A stretch of DNA of 64,000 nt from Zygnema circumcarinatum SAG 698-1b (GCA_037447605.1 CM074807.1:3422829-3486828), one strand, 5' to 3'; positions 1 through 12,737 are shown, counted from the stretch's first letter. Translations and numbers: made by a program. The notes: generated by a model not told the origin, from the letters alone.

Positions 1-84
1 TTCGCGTACACCTTATGCCTGCATATGTTCCATGTCAGTTGCACTGACTCCGTTAAACTGACGTTCCATGCAAGCGATTCGCAG

Positions 85-867
85 GACGAGGGTCTCGGCT
101 CCCTCTCTCTCGGTCTGCTCTACAGCTGTCTCACCTTCTTCTCTTTCGGAGCGCCAGCTGTCGTGCGGAGATTGGGCGCAAAAAATTCGATGCTGTTTGG
201 CCTTTCAGGTTACTGGCTCTATGTGGCGGCGAATCTGTTACCCTCATGGTAAGCCCTTCCATGTGGAGTAGTTAAACGGGAGGAGGAAGGGACAGGGAGA
301 GACGGGACGAAGGAGGGAAGAGGGAGAGAGAGGAAGGGGGAGAACGATGGGGAGATTCTTGGGCTTACTTGTCATTCTTTATGTCTGAGTGATTTTTAGT
401 TGAATTTCAGGGAGGCGTGTCTGCAGGTACACTTTGGTCCCAGCTTCAATATATTTGGGATTTTGTGCTTCTATTTTGTGGGTTGCGCAGGTACCTCCCC
501 ATCCCCCCCCCTCTCTCTCTCTCTTGCTCCCTTTCTCTCCCTCTCCCTCTCTTCCGCTTTGCTTCTCTCACTCCTTTTTTGTTATTTTATGCCTCTCTTG
601 TTATGAACGCAGGGCGCGTATTTGTCGTTTGTGGCAAAGGGCCACGCGGGGCTATGTCATTTGTCAGAGGAGGCCACAATTGGTTCATTTAACGGCCAAT
701 TTTGGAGCCTGTTTGCAGCAAACCAGGTGCTTTTTCTTAAGTTCATGTTAGGGTTTTAGGACCTAAGTATTCCAGAAAGCATGGTTTTTCAACCAAGCGA
801 AACTAAAAGTACTCCACAAACCTCAATCGATTGTCAAAGAATCGGCGGAACTCATCGAATAACTTGT

Positions 868-927
<60 letters not shown>

Positions 928-2091
928 TGAGGGAGAACTAAAGTACCCACATACTTGATTCCCTAATTGCTCAAACTCCAATCACCCCATCATTTTCGAC
1001 CTTTGCAGGTGCTGGGAAACGTGGTAGTCCTCGTTATATGTCTTCTTCTTGAGCACAGTTCCGTAGATCCGTCACACGTGTCCAGTTCCACGCAACGGAT
1101 TCTGTTCGGAGTCCTCTTATTGAGTCTCACAGTGGGAACAGTCCTTGTCTTTTTTATTCGGAATCAGAGCCGGCGGCAGGTCTTGCTTGTACTAGGGGAG
1201 GAGGGAGGGTGGGAGGAGGAGGAGGAGGGGGAAGAGGGAGGGGAGGGGGGAGAGAGAGAGGGAGGAGGGGCAGGGAAGCTTTTGAAGGAGGCAGTAGCGC
1301 TATTGGGGGAGCGAAAAATGGTGTTTTTGGTGCCTTTATTGATTTATTCGGGGCTCCAACAAGCCTTTATTTGGTGAGTAAAATCTGAGAGGGGAGACAG
1401 TTTAGCTTGAGTTACGCATTGGCAATTTAGAGGAACATTTTACATTTAAGAAGGGGGGGGGGCTCTGGGTTTTAGGGGTTTTTTTTCGTTTGGGGAAGGG
1501 GAAAGTGGGGGAATGAAAAGCATTATGAGGAGACCCATGAAACGATGTAAAGCCTTTGTGTCATGGTAAATCTGACTCTTTCTCTCTCCTCCGCCCCCCT
1601 CTCTCTATCTCCCTGCTCTCACTCATTCTGTCCCTTTCTTTCTCTCTCTCTCTCTCTCTCTCCCTCTCTCTCTCTCTCCCTCTCTGTCTGTCCCATCCCC
1701 TCCTCCCAAAACTACAGGAACGATTTCACAGCGAGTCTTGTGGCTCCAACTTTGGGAGTTGCATGGATCGGCGGAGTGATGGCCATTTACGGACTGTCCG
1801 ACGCAGTGGTGAGTACTGCATAGAAACTTGACAATTGAAGGAGCCATTCAGCCCAAGCCCATGTGGTGTTGGTCATGCATGCATACATGCATGCATGCAT
1901 GCATGCATGTGATGTATGTCAGTATATGACGTGACGTGACGTGACGTGACAGTCCTCGGCCGTGGCGGGGCGGCTCTCCGCGGGAGAGCGGTCCATCGCA
2001 GCGATCGTGAGTGTGGGGGCGGCAGGACAGGCGGTGGTGGTGGGGGCGCTGCTGCTGGGCCGGAGGTGCGGCCTCTCTCTCTCTCTCTCGG

Positions 2092-2141
<50 letters not shown>

Positions 2142-2298
2142 CCTCTCTCCCTCTCGCTCTCCCCTCTCTCCCTCTCTCTCTCCCTCTCCCCCTCTCTCTC
2201 ACCCCCTATCTCCCTCTTTCTCCCTGTCCCCCTCACTCCCTCTCTCTCTCTCCCTCTCCCTCTCCCCTTCTCTCTCCCTCTCTATATTCCTCCCCCCT

Positions 2299-2354
<56 letters not shown>

Positions 2355-3046
2355 TGATTCGAGCTACCCACCTGCCTGCCTGCCTGCCTGCATCGCTCCC
2401 CAGGCAGGGCGGCGGGTTTTTGTTCCTCGCCGCCGCGCTGTGGGGCGTGGGCGACGGCGCCTTCAACTCGCAGCTCAGCGCGCTGCTCGCCATTCGCTTT
2501 CCCGCGCAAACGGTGCGTTCCATGTCGCCTGCTCCGTAAACAGTAACAGCGCACGGAACTGTTAACTCGTACATAGAACTGTTGGAATGAACATGCGTAC
2601 CCGTCATGCTTATATGCCCATCATTCCTTTAAAACCTCCAAGACCCTCAAACCCTAAAAATCTTGAAACTTTAAAGCCTTCAAAACCGTTCGGAAGCCCC
2701 CCCTAGATTTGCTTTCTGCGACCAGTCCTTAAGCATCCTCACAACTAAACAAGGTCAGCACTTCATGACCAAGATTGTCGAACTCCTGAACCCTAAACCC
2801 CAAACCCGGAGCCCGAATATTGTCAAACCCTGTACAATACTTCCTCACGTTAACCCTAACTTTTTGGGGGAGCAGGAGGCGGCATTTGCCCAGTGGAAAG
2901 TGTGGCAGAGCGCTTCAACGGCGGCGATGTTCTATGTGGCTCCGTTTGCAGGATTTCAGGTGAAAGTGATCACTCTCGCCGTGACACTTGTCGCCTCCAT
3001 GGCGAGCTTCTACAAGGGAAGCGAGGGAGAGACTGAATTGATTTAG
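85..3046 (+). CDS. UNC93: UNC93-like MFS transporter / ion channel regulator (5' part outside window; multi-exon)
   Basis: Approximate exons 85-248, 428-491, 612-726, 1009-1373, 1717-1808, 1953-2065, 2404-2512 and 2876-3046 with GT-AG ends. Family-like peptides: LGLLYSCLTFFSFGAPAVVRRLGAK, YTLVPASIYLGFCASILWVAQG, PLLIYSGLQQAFIW, LWGVGDGAFNSQLSALL, EAAFAQWKVWQS. Confidence 0.88.
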
Positions 3047-4479
3047 AACAAGTCTCTCTTCCTCTCCCAATCTCAATCTCTCACTCTCTCCCTCTCTGTC
3101 TGACTCTCCTCCTCTCTCTCCCATTTTTCTACGATGGAGTGTCAAGGCAGATGTGAGGGCTCCTCAAGAGGAGGCCAAAACCCTAAAGATCAGGGGTTTC
3201 CATGCACAGCATGAAAACAAGTATGAGCTCAGAAATGATAAGGGCGGATATCCCTCTCCTCTTCTCGGAACTGGAACTGCAACTGAGAACTGCACAGAAC
3301 CTGAAGGGAAGATCCTGCTGACTTCCCTCTCACAACCCTAAAACCTCGAGGAGGCCTGTGCCATGCCTGCGTTAACTGTTCCGTATTCAGTTTATGCGGC
3401 TCCGTACTCCGATACGGCACAGATACTGAAGCCCCTCGCATAGAACAGCTTCAAGTCTGAATATGTAGGATAGGAAGTGAACAGTTTGACTGTAAAATTG
3501 TTGAGGAGGCGCAGAAATAGGGTTTAGGGTTTAGGTTTTGAGAGGAGGGGCCAGTTTCGAAATAAGTATTTGCTGGATGGCACCAATGCCTTACTTCTAT
3601 TGAAGATTTAGAAACAGTCACGTTCGTTTTTTTTTTTTTTTTTATTATCGTTAAAAATGTCTTTGATTTTTGTAAATGGAAATTCTCACTCTTCTTTTCC
3701 GTTTTTCACCCTTCAATTTGATGAGGAATTGTGAGTTCTCTGTTTGTTTCTCTTTTTTGGAGAAATAGCGACGAGATAAGGATGGGAAACTTGTTGCCAA
3801 GAAATACGAACTGAGGGAACAAAAACGACTGAAGAAAGCATACAAACTCCAATATGAAATAAAATGACAGTTTTTTTGAGCTCCCTCACATCCATTCAGA
3901 GGGCGGCTTACACATCCTGAAGACTGCTTAACGGCCAAGAATGGAAAAGGAAACTAAAACTGACACTGAAACTGAGACCGAAAGATGAAACATGGAATGG
4001 TTCTTCAGGTTAGGTTTTGGAAGGCTGTCTGACTTTCAAAGGTAAGAAAATGGATTGAAATCGGCATTGAAAGAAAACAATAAGAGAATGAACTGGATTA
4101 GATGAGATGTGGCAGGCACTGCTGCAGAAAGGGACAGCCCTCCCCCTACCATTTACCTCTCTTACACTCCCTCCCTCTTTCACACCAGCGTCACCTTGAT
4201 GCAGGCGTTGACCTCCCTTTGATTCCAGTGAACAACAAGAGCCAACCGCATACGATCAATGTGCTTGACCAAGAATAATAAATGCACACAAGTTGAATTA
4301 TTTAATGTACAGAATCAATTTTCTCCATCGCTGCCCCTTGCTGTGATCGAGAAACTGCAGGCATATCAGGGTCGTTCTGTCAGAGCTCTAAACTGCTCAA
4401 GCTGTTTCCATCCTCATGTTCTTATTGTTCAGCCTCTGATAAATAGTCAAAACTGAATATGACGATGCAGTATCCATCA

Positions 4480-5691
4480 TCACTTTAAACTGCTGAGAAA
4501 TGCACGCACGTCTGTTAACCACTCTTCCTGATGCTTGCTTGCATGTATGAGATGTCCTGCTTCCGAGTAATGGCGCTCTCTCCCTCGTTCCCATGTTGTC
4601 AAGATTTTTTTTGCAACTTCAGGTTGGCAGACACCTGCTCCCCCTGCTGTCTGAAGCAAAGCAGGAACCTTCACATCTGCAACAGCCTCGTTGATATCAT
4701 CATCCGTACTCCGAAATGTTGGTTCAATCGTATCAGCATCGAACAAGCGCAAGCTTTCTGTCTCTGTGATTGCAAATGGATGATTCAACTTTAGCTTGGA
4801 ACCGTCAATCTCATTCACATCAGCAAACTCGGCAGGAGCAAGCATTTTTAGCTCTCTTGACTTTGGAAACGGATTGGGAGCAGTGCTGGAGGGATAAATT
4901 GGCTCTCCAGGAAGTCGCAGCCATGGCGGATCTTCTAACAGTACACCCTTTACAAGCTCTGGATAAAGCTTCGCTACACGCGCTGCAGTAGCTGCTCCCA
5001 TGGAGTGGCCTCCAAGAAACACTGGCGCATGAGGCGAGAAATATTTGATCGCATTTGCAGCATCCGACACCAGATTTGACATAGTGAAGGAGCCAGCAGG
5101 GATCGGCTGGCTCTTGCCATGGCCTCTTGCAGAAGGCAGAAAAATGCGAAACTCATCTGCAAGTTCTGAAAGCACAGGGATTTCTGCAGGGCCCGACGAT
5201 GTCAGACCATGCAGGAACACAAAAATGGGCAGCTCTTGGAGCTGCATCGTGTAACAATATGATGCCAGAACTCCATTTGTAGAGAAGGATTCTTCCGCCC
5301 AGTGAACCTGCTCCTTGGGAGCTCTGTCAGCTTGCGAAGAGAAAGAGAAAGAGGTTCTCGAAGTGGACGATTTCGATTGCGGTAAAACGCTCACTTTGTT
5401 TCGGTGAACATGAGACGAGCAAAAACCGCCAACTTCTTCACTTAATAAATCCTGGCAGTTGCTCTTTGTTGCAGTGGCGGGAATTTGGTGAAGGCGTGAT
5501 CTTGAAGGACGCAGCTCAGCCTCAAGGGACGCACTTGAAATGAAGCGACTCCGGAGGAGAAACTTTTTACCAAATTCAGGGCTTCTTCTGCAAACAGAAA
5601 CACCAAAAGAAGAAAATCTTGTCTTTGAAATCACACTTAATAGGGAGGTGGCATCATATGTGGGAAGGGCAGCCATGGCTCTGCAGGCCAT
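4480..5691 (-). CDS. Intronless alpha/beta-fold hydrolase (Abhydrolase_1/6) with Ser/Arg-rich organelle transit-peptide-like N-terminus
   Basis: Single ORF with probable ATG at 5691 (MACRAMAAL). Motifs: oxyanion VFLHG, ARGHG, nucleophile elbow GHSMG, LLEDPPW and catalytic His region AGHLIH. Confidence 0.85.
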   Translation of the reverse strand: MACRAMAALPTYDATSLLSVISKTRFSSFGVSVCRRSPEFGKKFLLRSRFISSASLEAELRPSRSRLHQIPATATKSNCQDLLSEEVGGFCSSHVHRNKVSVLPQSKSSTSRTSFSFSSQADRAPKEQVHWAEESFSTNGVLASYCYTMQLQELPIFVFLHGLTSSGPAEIPVLSELADEFRIFLPSARGHGKSQPIPAGSFTMSNLVSDAANAIKYFSPHAPVFLGGHSMGAATAARVAKLYPELVKGVLLEDPPWLRLPGEPIYPSSTAPNPFPKSRELKMLAPAEFADVNEIDGSKLKLNHPFAITETESLRLFDADTIEPTFRSTDDDINEAVADVKVPALLQTAGGAGVCQPEVAKKILTTWERGRERHYSEAGHLIHASKHQEEWLTDVRAFLSSLK

Positions 5692-6506
5692 CGCTTCAAT
5701 TTTTTGCCAGAGGGCACTACAGAGAGCCGTGAAGGAGATTCCAATTGCTGTTTTTTTTTTTTCTTTTCTTATCGTAGTGACAATTGGCCAACCATGGCTC
5801 GCCACGTGTACAATGATGACATGGCAGGCTGTGATTGGCTCTGAAATTTCCTGAGTTTTCAGGGTCCATTGTGTAGATCCAATTGGATCTCCGAATGGAC
5901 GGGTTCAACAAAGTGGATCACGGAACGCAAGAAGTTTTCAACGCAGTGAATCATGAAACCAAAAATATTTACAGAGGCGGATCAAAGGGCAGATTTAACA
6001 GAGTTGAATTTTGATCCATGGTGGATGTTGGCACTGTCACAGTGGGCCTTCTCCCACAGACGATAGTTTTAATCAACGTGTTCGACCTACTTGTTATAAA
6101 CTTCAAATTTTTTATTTAATCTCAATTTGACTCACAATTTAATTTCGTATATTAAGCTGTTGCCATTATAATTGTGGATTGGAATTGATCCTGAAAAAAA
6201 AAATGAAGTTTATGATACATTGAGGGCGGGAATCCCTGTGGTTTACATTCAATCGATCTTAAAAAAAGGCCACTCAACAGCTGAAGCCAAAGTCCCAAAA
6301 GAAAATAAATTGATGCACCGAATGCTGACCAGCCCCTCGTCTACTTCTGTCGCCATTTTACAGTCCTACTCTGATAAATCCTTCTGTGGGCCTCCCTCCC
6401 CTCTCTCTCTCCCTCGTCTCTCCCTCTCCCTCCCTCTCCGTCTCTTCCCTCTTCTCCCATATCTCTACTTCCACCCCATCTCTCTCATCTCCCTCTTCAC
6501 TCCCTC

Positions 6507-9500
6507 CTACACTTTCTCCTCACCCCCCACATTCACTTTTTTCCCTTCTGCTTCCCGCCTATCTCCCTCCACCTCCACTCCCTCGGCCTTCTCTCCGTCT
6601 CCTTCTCCGCTACCTCTACTTTCACTCCCTTCCTCCCTCTCCACTACCTCCACCTTCACTCCCTCCTCCGCCTTCTCTCCCTCCTCCCTCTCCACTCCCT
6701 CCACCTTCAAATCCTCCTCCATCCTCCCTACCTCCTGAACCTTCTCTCCCTCCTCCCTCTCTACTCCCTCCACCACTCCTTTCTCCACCACTCCCTCCTC
6801 CACCTTCACTCCCTCCTCCATCTTGCCTACCTCCTGAACTTTCTCTCCCTCCTCCCTCACTACTCCCTCCACCACTCCCTTCTCCACCACTCCCCCATCC
6901 ACCTTCCCTCCCTCCTCCACCTTCTCTCCCTCCTCCACCTTCACTCCCTCCCCCTTCCCTCCCTCCCTCCCCTCCGCTCCCTCCCCCCCCTCCTTCTCCC
7001 TCTCCTTCTCCCTCTCCTTCCCCCCCTCCTTCTCCCTCTCCTTGGGCACAAGTCCCAACACTTCCATCATCACGGGGTCATACCGCCTCTCTCTCGCGTT
7101 CTCCGGAACTCTCTCCTGCCGCGACTCCCAAAACTTTAACTTCTCTCTCTGCAGCCCTCTCTTAAATTCAAGCATCGCTTCAAACTGCTTCTTCCGAAAG
7201 CTCTGCCATCTCTCCTCCTGCTCCTTTTCGTACCTCCCCCACTCCAAGGCGAGATCATTTCCCTCTTTCAGAGACACTTCATACACTCGCAGCTCTTCCT
7301 CAAGCTCCTCTTCGTCTCTCCTGCCAACAAAAATGACAAATTCAACGCTTTGGGGGCTACATAAACCGAAATTCTTGCAAGGTTTGCTGAACAGCAGCTA
7401 TCTTTCAGTCACAAATAACTTCATAAAAGATGTCTGTATCGAAAAATAAAGACAACGCAACACTCCCTGGTCTCCGATGAAGCTCACCCCTTCTACCCCT
7501 CACACTTTCCCTCTCTCCCTTTCCTCCGCTTTGCATACCTGCTTTGCTCCTCCTTCGGCATGGGATTTCTCGCTCCGTCTCTCCCTCCTCCTGTGGTCGT
7601 ATGGGAGAAGGAGTTTCTCTGCATCCTCGCTTTCCTCCTCACCTCCTCCAGCTTCAGTTCAAGCTTCTTCTCCATCTCACGCTTCACTTGGTCAATCTTC
7701 TTCTTCGTCTCCTCCTCCGAGTACTTCATTTGCTCTTCGAAAATCAGTTCCATCTCCTTGACCTGAACCACCCGGAAAACCTCAAAACATTAAATCTCCA
7801 TGCACACCCCTTTCATCCTCCGCTATCCACTCATCACCCTCCCTCTTCCCCTTTTTCCCTCCCTCCCTCTCTCCCTCCCTCCCTCCCGCCCTCCCCTCCA
7901 CTCACCTCCTTCTCCTTCTCCCTCTTATGTTTCGAAAATTTGTCTCGCACTGCCTTCAGCTCCTCCGCTTTCCCCTGAAGCTTCTTCGACAACTTCTGAA
8001 TGTGATTTTCCACATTCATACTCTGCTCCTTGAGCTGCTCATTTTCCGCATTCATAACATGAAGGTTCAGCTGAAGGTGGCGGGCTCTCTCCGCATCCAA
8101 CTGGGCCTGCTGCATGGGGATCTCTACTACCTCCTTCCACTTGCAGAGAAGGGCCTTAACAGCAGACTTGCCTGCGGGTGAGAAAAGAAAACAGAGCAGG
8201 AGGAGGAGGTGGTGGAGGAGGATGAGGAAGGGTAAGATGAGGATGAGGATGGAACTGTAGGATCGAAGGTATAGAAAGGGTTGCTTGGTACCTCTCTCTA
8301 CCTCCTCCCTTTCAACCCTCCCCCCTCCCCCNNNNNNNNNNCTCCCCCTCACCCAAGTGGGTGTTGAAATCCTCCAGGTCGTCCAGCGTGGCCAGCCATC
8401 CGTGCAGGAGCCTCTTCCCGTCCGCCCCCACTTGCCCCCCCGGACCCCTCCGCAGCCACGAGTTGCGCCCTCTGTTCTCTTCGTTGAAGAGCACACTCAG
8501 CCGCACTGCCTCGTTGTAGCCCTCATAGCGGGGCTCGAATATGAGGAGGGAGAGGCCGCGGTGGCCCTACAAAGGACGGGAAAAGGAAAGGAATTCGAGC
8601 AAAGTTTGGGGGGGGCATAAGGGGATTTGGGCTTGTGTTTTTCGCGTTTGTGGGGTTCGTTTTGTGTGCAAGAGTTGGACGAGAGTGTGGGTTTGTGAGG
8701 TTTTGGGGGGTTTTAGGTGTACCTCTGGGCCGTATGCATGCTTTCGTCGCTGTATGTGTTTGAAGGACTTGAAAGTGTCTTTAAGCTCCTCGTTGCCCAT
8801 TCCAATCCACTGTTCGCACCAGAAAATAAAGAACGAAAGAAATATATATTAAGGGAGATGGCGGGCTAGAGATGGGACGGGGACAAAAACAATGGGAGAA
8901 AGAAAGAGAGAGAGGGTGGGGGAGAGGGAGGGAATGAAAAGGAGAGCGAAAGTGGGGGCGGGAGGGGAAAGAGTGGGAGAAGGCGAGCGCAGGGAAGGGA
9001 TGTGAGCGAGGGCGCGAAAGGGAAGGGTAGAGGGGGGAGGAGCACGAAGGGAGAGAGAGAGAGAGAGAGAGAGAGGCGAACCTTATCCCCGTCCTGGTAC
9101 AAGCGTGTGTTGACCACCATCACAATGGGAGGCCAAACCACCACCTTCTCTCTCTCTTTGGGTGCTTGCTCCCCCGGAGCACTCCACCGGCCTTGTGGCT
9201 CAGAGCTGAGGATGGTCAATCCCCTCCTCTCCAGCACTGCCTTCAAATCCACAGCCAACTCTCTGTGCTCCCTCGCCCTCCTCTTCTTAAAAGTGGAAGC
9301 GTGGAGGGCGAGGGCAGAGAGGCCTGTATACCATTGGGTCTCTCCCCGCCCTCCTAAACACACCTTACATTTCCATTCCTTCCCCACCTCGTCTGCCAAC
9401 TCGTTCTTAGTATAAACGGACTCCAACTCCATCAGAAACTCCGACACCGCTTTGCTGTGCTTGCCCGAGGCTCTCCTTTCCGCTGCCACACTCGCCGAAT

Positions 9501-11511
9501 CAATGTCCAAATCCTCATCGCTATCAAACCCTAAATGATCGTCCTCGTCGTCTTCGTCGTCACTCAGAACTCGGCCCACGCTCTCTCTCTCTCCGTCTTC
9601 CTCCTCTCCTCCAGCTTCCTCCTCTCCGTTCCCTCTCTCGCTCCTTTCCCCCGAAGGCCTTGCTGAGCTCAAACTCTCGACCTCCAAGGGGTCGAATTCA
9701 CTCACCCATTTTCCCGTTCTAGCAGATTTCTCCGTGTCCCATAGAACTGTGGTTCCTGCAGATGCCAATCCGTGGGCCGATTCCTCTATGTAGGATTCCG
9801 TAGACTGATATTCTGACTTCTCTTCCCATGCATTATTTTGTTTACTAATCCTGTTGGTGTTCTTGTTCCCTCCCTTCTTTCCTCTCCCAGTTTTTGTCTC
9901 CCAAACCCCCTCCTCCAACCCCTCTCCCTCTGCTCTCGCATACTTGGGCTCCCACCCAGGGCCTCCTCTGGGAACAGGAAGCTCAAGACTGCCCCCACTG
10001 CTAACTGAACGGCTATCTGCCTCCATAGCTGCGCGGTTTCCAGCAGGAAAAGACTTGCTATTAGGAATAGCTGGCCAGCTGCCTTCCGCGGAGACTTTCC
10101 CTCCAGACCCAAAGCTCCCGACGGGAGAAACACTTTCTCTCCCTCTCCCTCTGCCTCTCCCTCTTCCCGCTTCTCTCTCCCTCTCCGTCTTTCCAGCCTC
10201 CCCCCATCCATCCTTCGCTTCGTTGCCAGCCCATGGATTGGCTGCAGGCTCTTTACCTTTCCTCCCTCTTCCACTCCCTTGGCCCTCCTCCTTTACCAGT
10301 GCTGAACCCCGGCCTCTCCCTCCCTTACCCCCCCAATGGGAGGGAGGGGGAACAAGGGGCTTAACCCCGAAATCCTCTGAAGATAAGCTGCCCTCCCCAT
10401 CTGTTCCCCAATAATTCCTCCAGCTCGCTTCTGCCTGAGATCGTGGCATCCCCCAGGTTCCCTTCTCCAACGGCCTCCCGTTTGACGGAACGGGCTCTGC
10501 GGGAAGTCGCATAGAACCCCCTGGTTGCGTGGCAGGGCCATTCCCTCCCGTTGAATGCGTTCCATGTGGTGGAACTTTTTGAATTTTTTTCTCCGGTGCC
10601 TCTCTCCAAAAGCCCCATCCCTCTCCACCGCTGCTGGCCAGAGTGCTCGAACCTGAATTCATGGAAACATGCGGCTCGGTTTTAGGGTTTGGTTCGCCCC
10701 ACCCCCTCGCGATTCCGGCGGACCTTTGAACGGGATTATGGGCAGAGCTTTGGACGGAATTAGAAGCGGAGTTTGGAACAAAATCATAAGCCGAGTTCTG
10801 AACGGAATCTTGAGCAGAAATATGAGGAAAAGCTTCCACATTCATTGCTGCCTCAAGAGGAGCATCCTCCCATCCAGTGATTTCCCCCCACCCGTTCTTC
10901 ACCGGAACTTTCCCGGGCGGCCATGTGCTCCTTTCCTCTGCCTCAGCACTCCAAGCACCCCCCACTTCAGGAGCAGCAGCAGCAGGAGGAGCAGGCGGAG
11001 GAGGAGGAGGAGGAGGGAGAGAGGGAGGGAGAGGAGGGCGAGGGGGCCCTGAGCCCCCGTCCTCCCACTCCTTCCCAAAGGATGGCAGCTCTATGTCCGA
11101 CCGCGAGGCGCTGTCCCTTTCCCCATGCGCCAGCCCCTTCCCGTAGTCGATGCTCTCTCCGCTGTCGGACACCACGCTGCCCCAATGGTGCTTTCTGGTC
11201 GGCTCCATGGCCATGGCCACGCGGGACGCCCCCCATCCGGAAGCCCATGCATCCGCCCCGCCCTGGCCGAGGCCCTGGCTGGCACCTGCAGGAGGAGGCG
11301 GAAGGGGAGAGGGAGAGGGAGAGGGGGGAGGGAGAGGGTAGCCATGGAGGCTTCCTCCAGCTCCAGCTCCACCTCCCCATCCCCCTCCCTTTCCCAAACC
11401 TGCTCCTGCAGCTGCTTTTGCAGATCCTGCTCCTGCATTTGATCCTCCTGCTCCTCGTCCCTTACCTTTTTTTCCCTTACCTTTCGCATTTCTAGGAGGA
11501 ACTGAAGCCAT
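6507..11511 (-). CDS. SGS3: SUPPRESSOR OF GENE SILENCING 3-like (IDR + zf-XS + XS + coiled coil), ~1344 aa
   Basis: Exons 11511-9082, 8809-8723, 8566-8353, 8171-7906, 7762-7539 and 7320-6507 join in frame (4035 nt). zf-XS: [28 protein letters not shown]...HRELA. XS: [70 protein letters not shown] coiled coil follows. Confidence 0.92.
8332..8341. other. Assembly gap (10 N) inside an SGS3 intron
   Basis: Run of n; the flanking exons stay in frame across it. Confidence 0.99.
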
Positions 11512-11574
11512 GGACGCTGGATGGGGCAGCCGGAAAGGAGGCAAGAGCGAGAGGAGAGGGAGAGTGGGGGAAGG

Positions 11575-11701
<127 letters not shown>

Positions 11702-12015
11702 GTGGGAGAGGGAGTGAGGAGGGCGCCTCTCCCTCTTGAGAGGGAGCTGCAGCTTTCACACAGGAGCTCCCAAATCTTGAAGTGAAGAAATTCGGCCTCT
11801 TGCAACGTGGCAACAAGTTCAGCAAACCATATATATCTTCTTGCCACGTGGCGTGTTCTCATTGGAGAAAACAAATTAGCCCCATTTTTTCTGAAGCCCC
11901 TTTGTCGGTTTCGAACCGGCGTCACACCTGCGGCCGGTGTGCAACTCGTGGTTTCGAAGCGGAATCGGGAAATTTGGGCCCTTGTTTTATTCCGTACAAT
12001 TTTTTTTTTTTTAGG

Positions 12016-12163
12016 TAAATGCTACCCACACACCTTTTTTTAGACTAGATACACACTTTTTTTCACCGGTCAAATTTTATTTTCGGGTTTTTATGGTATT
12101 GGGAATTTTTTTTTGGTAAGGTGTATCTAGATTCTAGACAAACAAGGTGTGTAATAGTATTTA
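12016..12163. repeat. Degenerate inverted repeat (~150 bp), possible old MITE
   Basis: CTAGATACAC (12045-54) pairs with GTGTATCTAG (12121-30). ACACACCTT pairs with AAGGTGTGT. TAAATGCTA pairs imperfectly with TAGTATTTA. Confidence 0.5.
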
Positions 12164-12737
12164 GTAATTCATTTTTTTTTTTTTTTGTGTACTACTGTTC
12201 CCATTTCTCTCAACCAAACAGACCTTGTCTAGGAGCAGCGTGCGCAGGCACGCTGCTCTGAGTTCCTCCAAGGATTTGAATTTGACTTCAAGTGGGTCTA
12301 CAGGACTGGAAGGCTGAACGTGGCAGATCCATTGAGCAAACAACCTCGGCATCTTGCCTGGATGATGCACTCGTCAACTCAAGTGTTGGTGAAAAGAAAT
12401 GATAGAGATGAGGGGTCGGCCAACCCTGATTTTCCGTCTCCAGTATGCTTTGTCATAGATCCCTCCACCAGTGACGCAATCAACCCTCCTGCTCTCTCTC
12501 TCTCTCTCAAGCTTTCTTGCTGAACTTGTATTTACCCGTACAGCTGAAGGAGGAGCTTGCCAACTGTTACATTTGGTAATCAGGCCCCAGGCCAAAACTG
12601 TCCAATCGCGTATGGGAGAATTCGAACACGTGACCTCCGACCCCGGGGGGGAGGCATCAAGCGTGCCGCCACGTCGGATGGCGCTTCCAGGTTCAAATCA
12701 CCATTTCGGGTCTACGTGGTCACCGCCAATTCGCTAA

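Noticed and set aside
6172-7165. Proline-rich plus-strand ORFs
   Set aside because: Antisense shadows of the purine-rich SGS3 tail.
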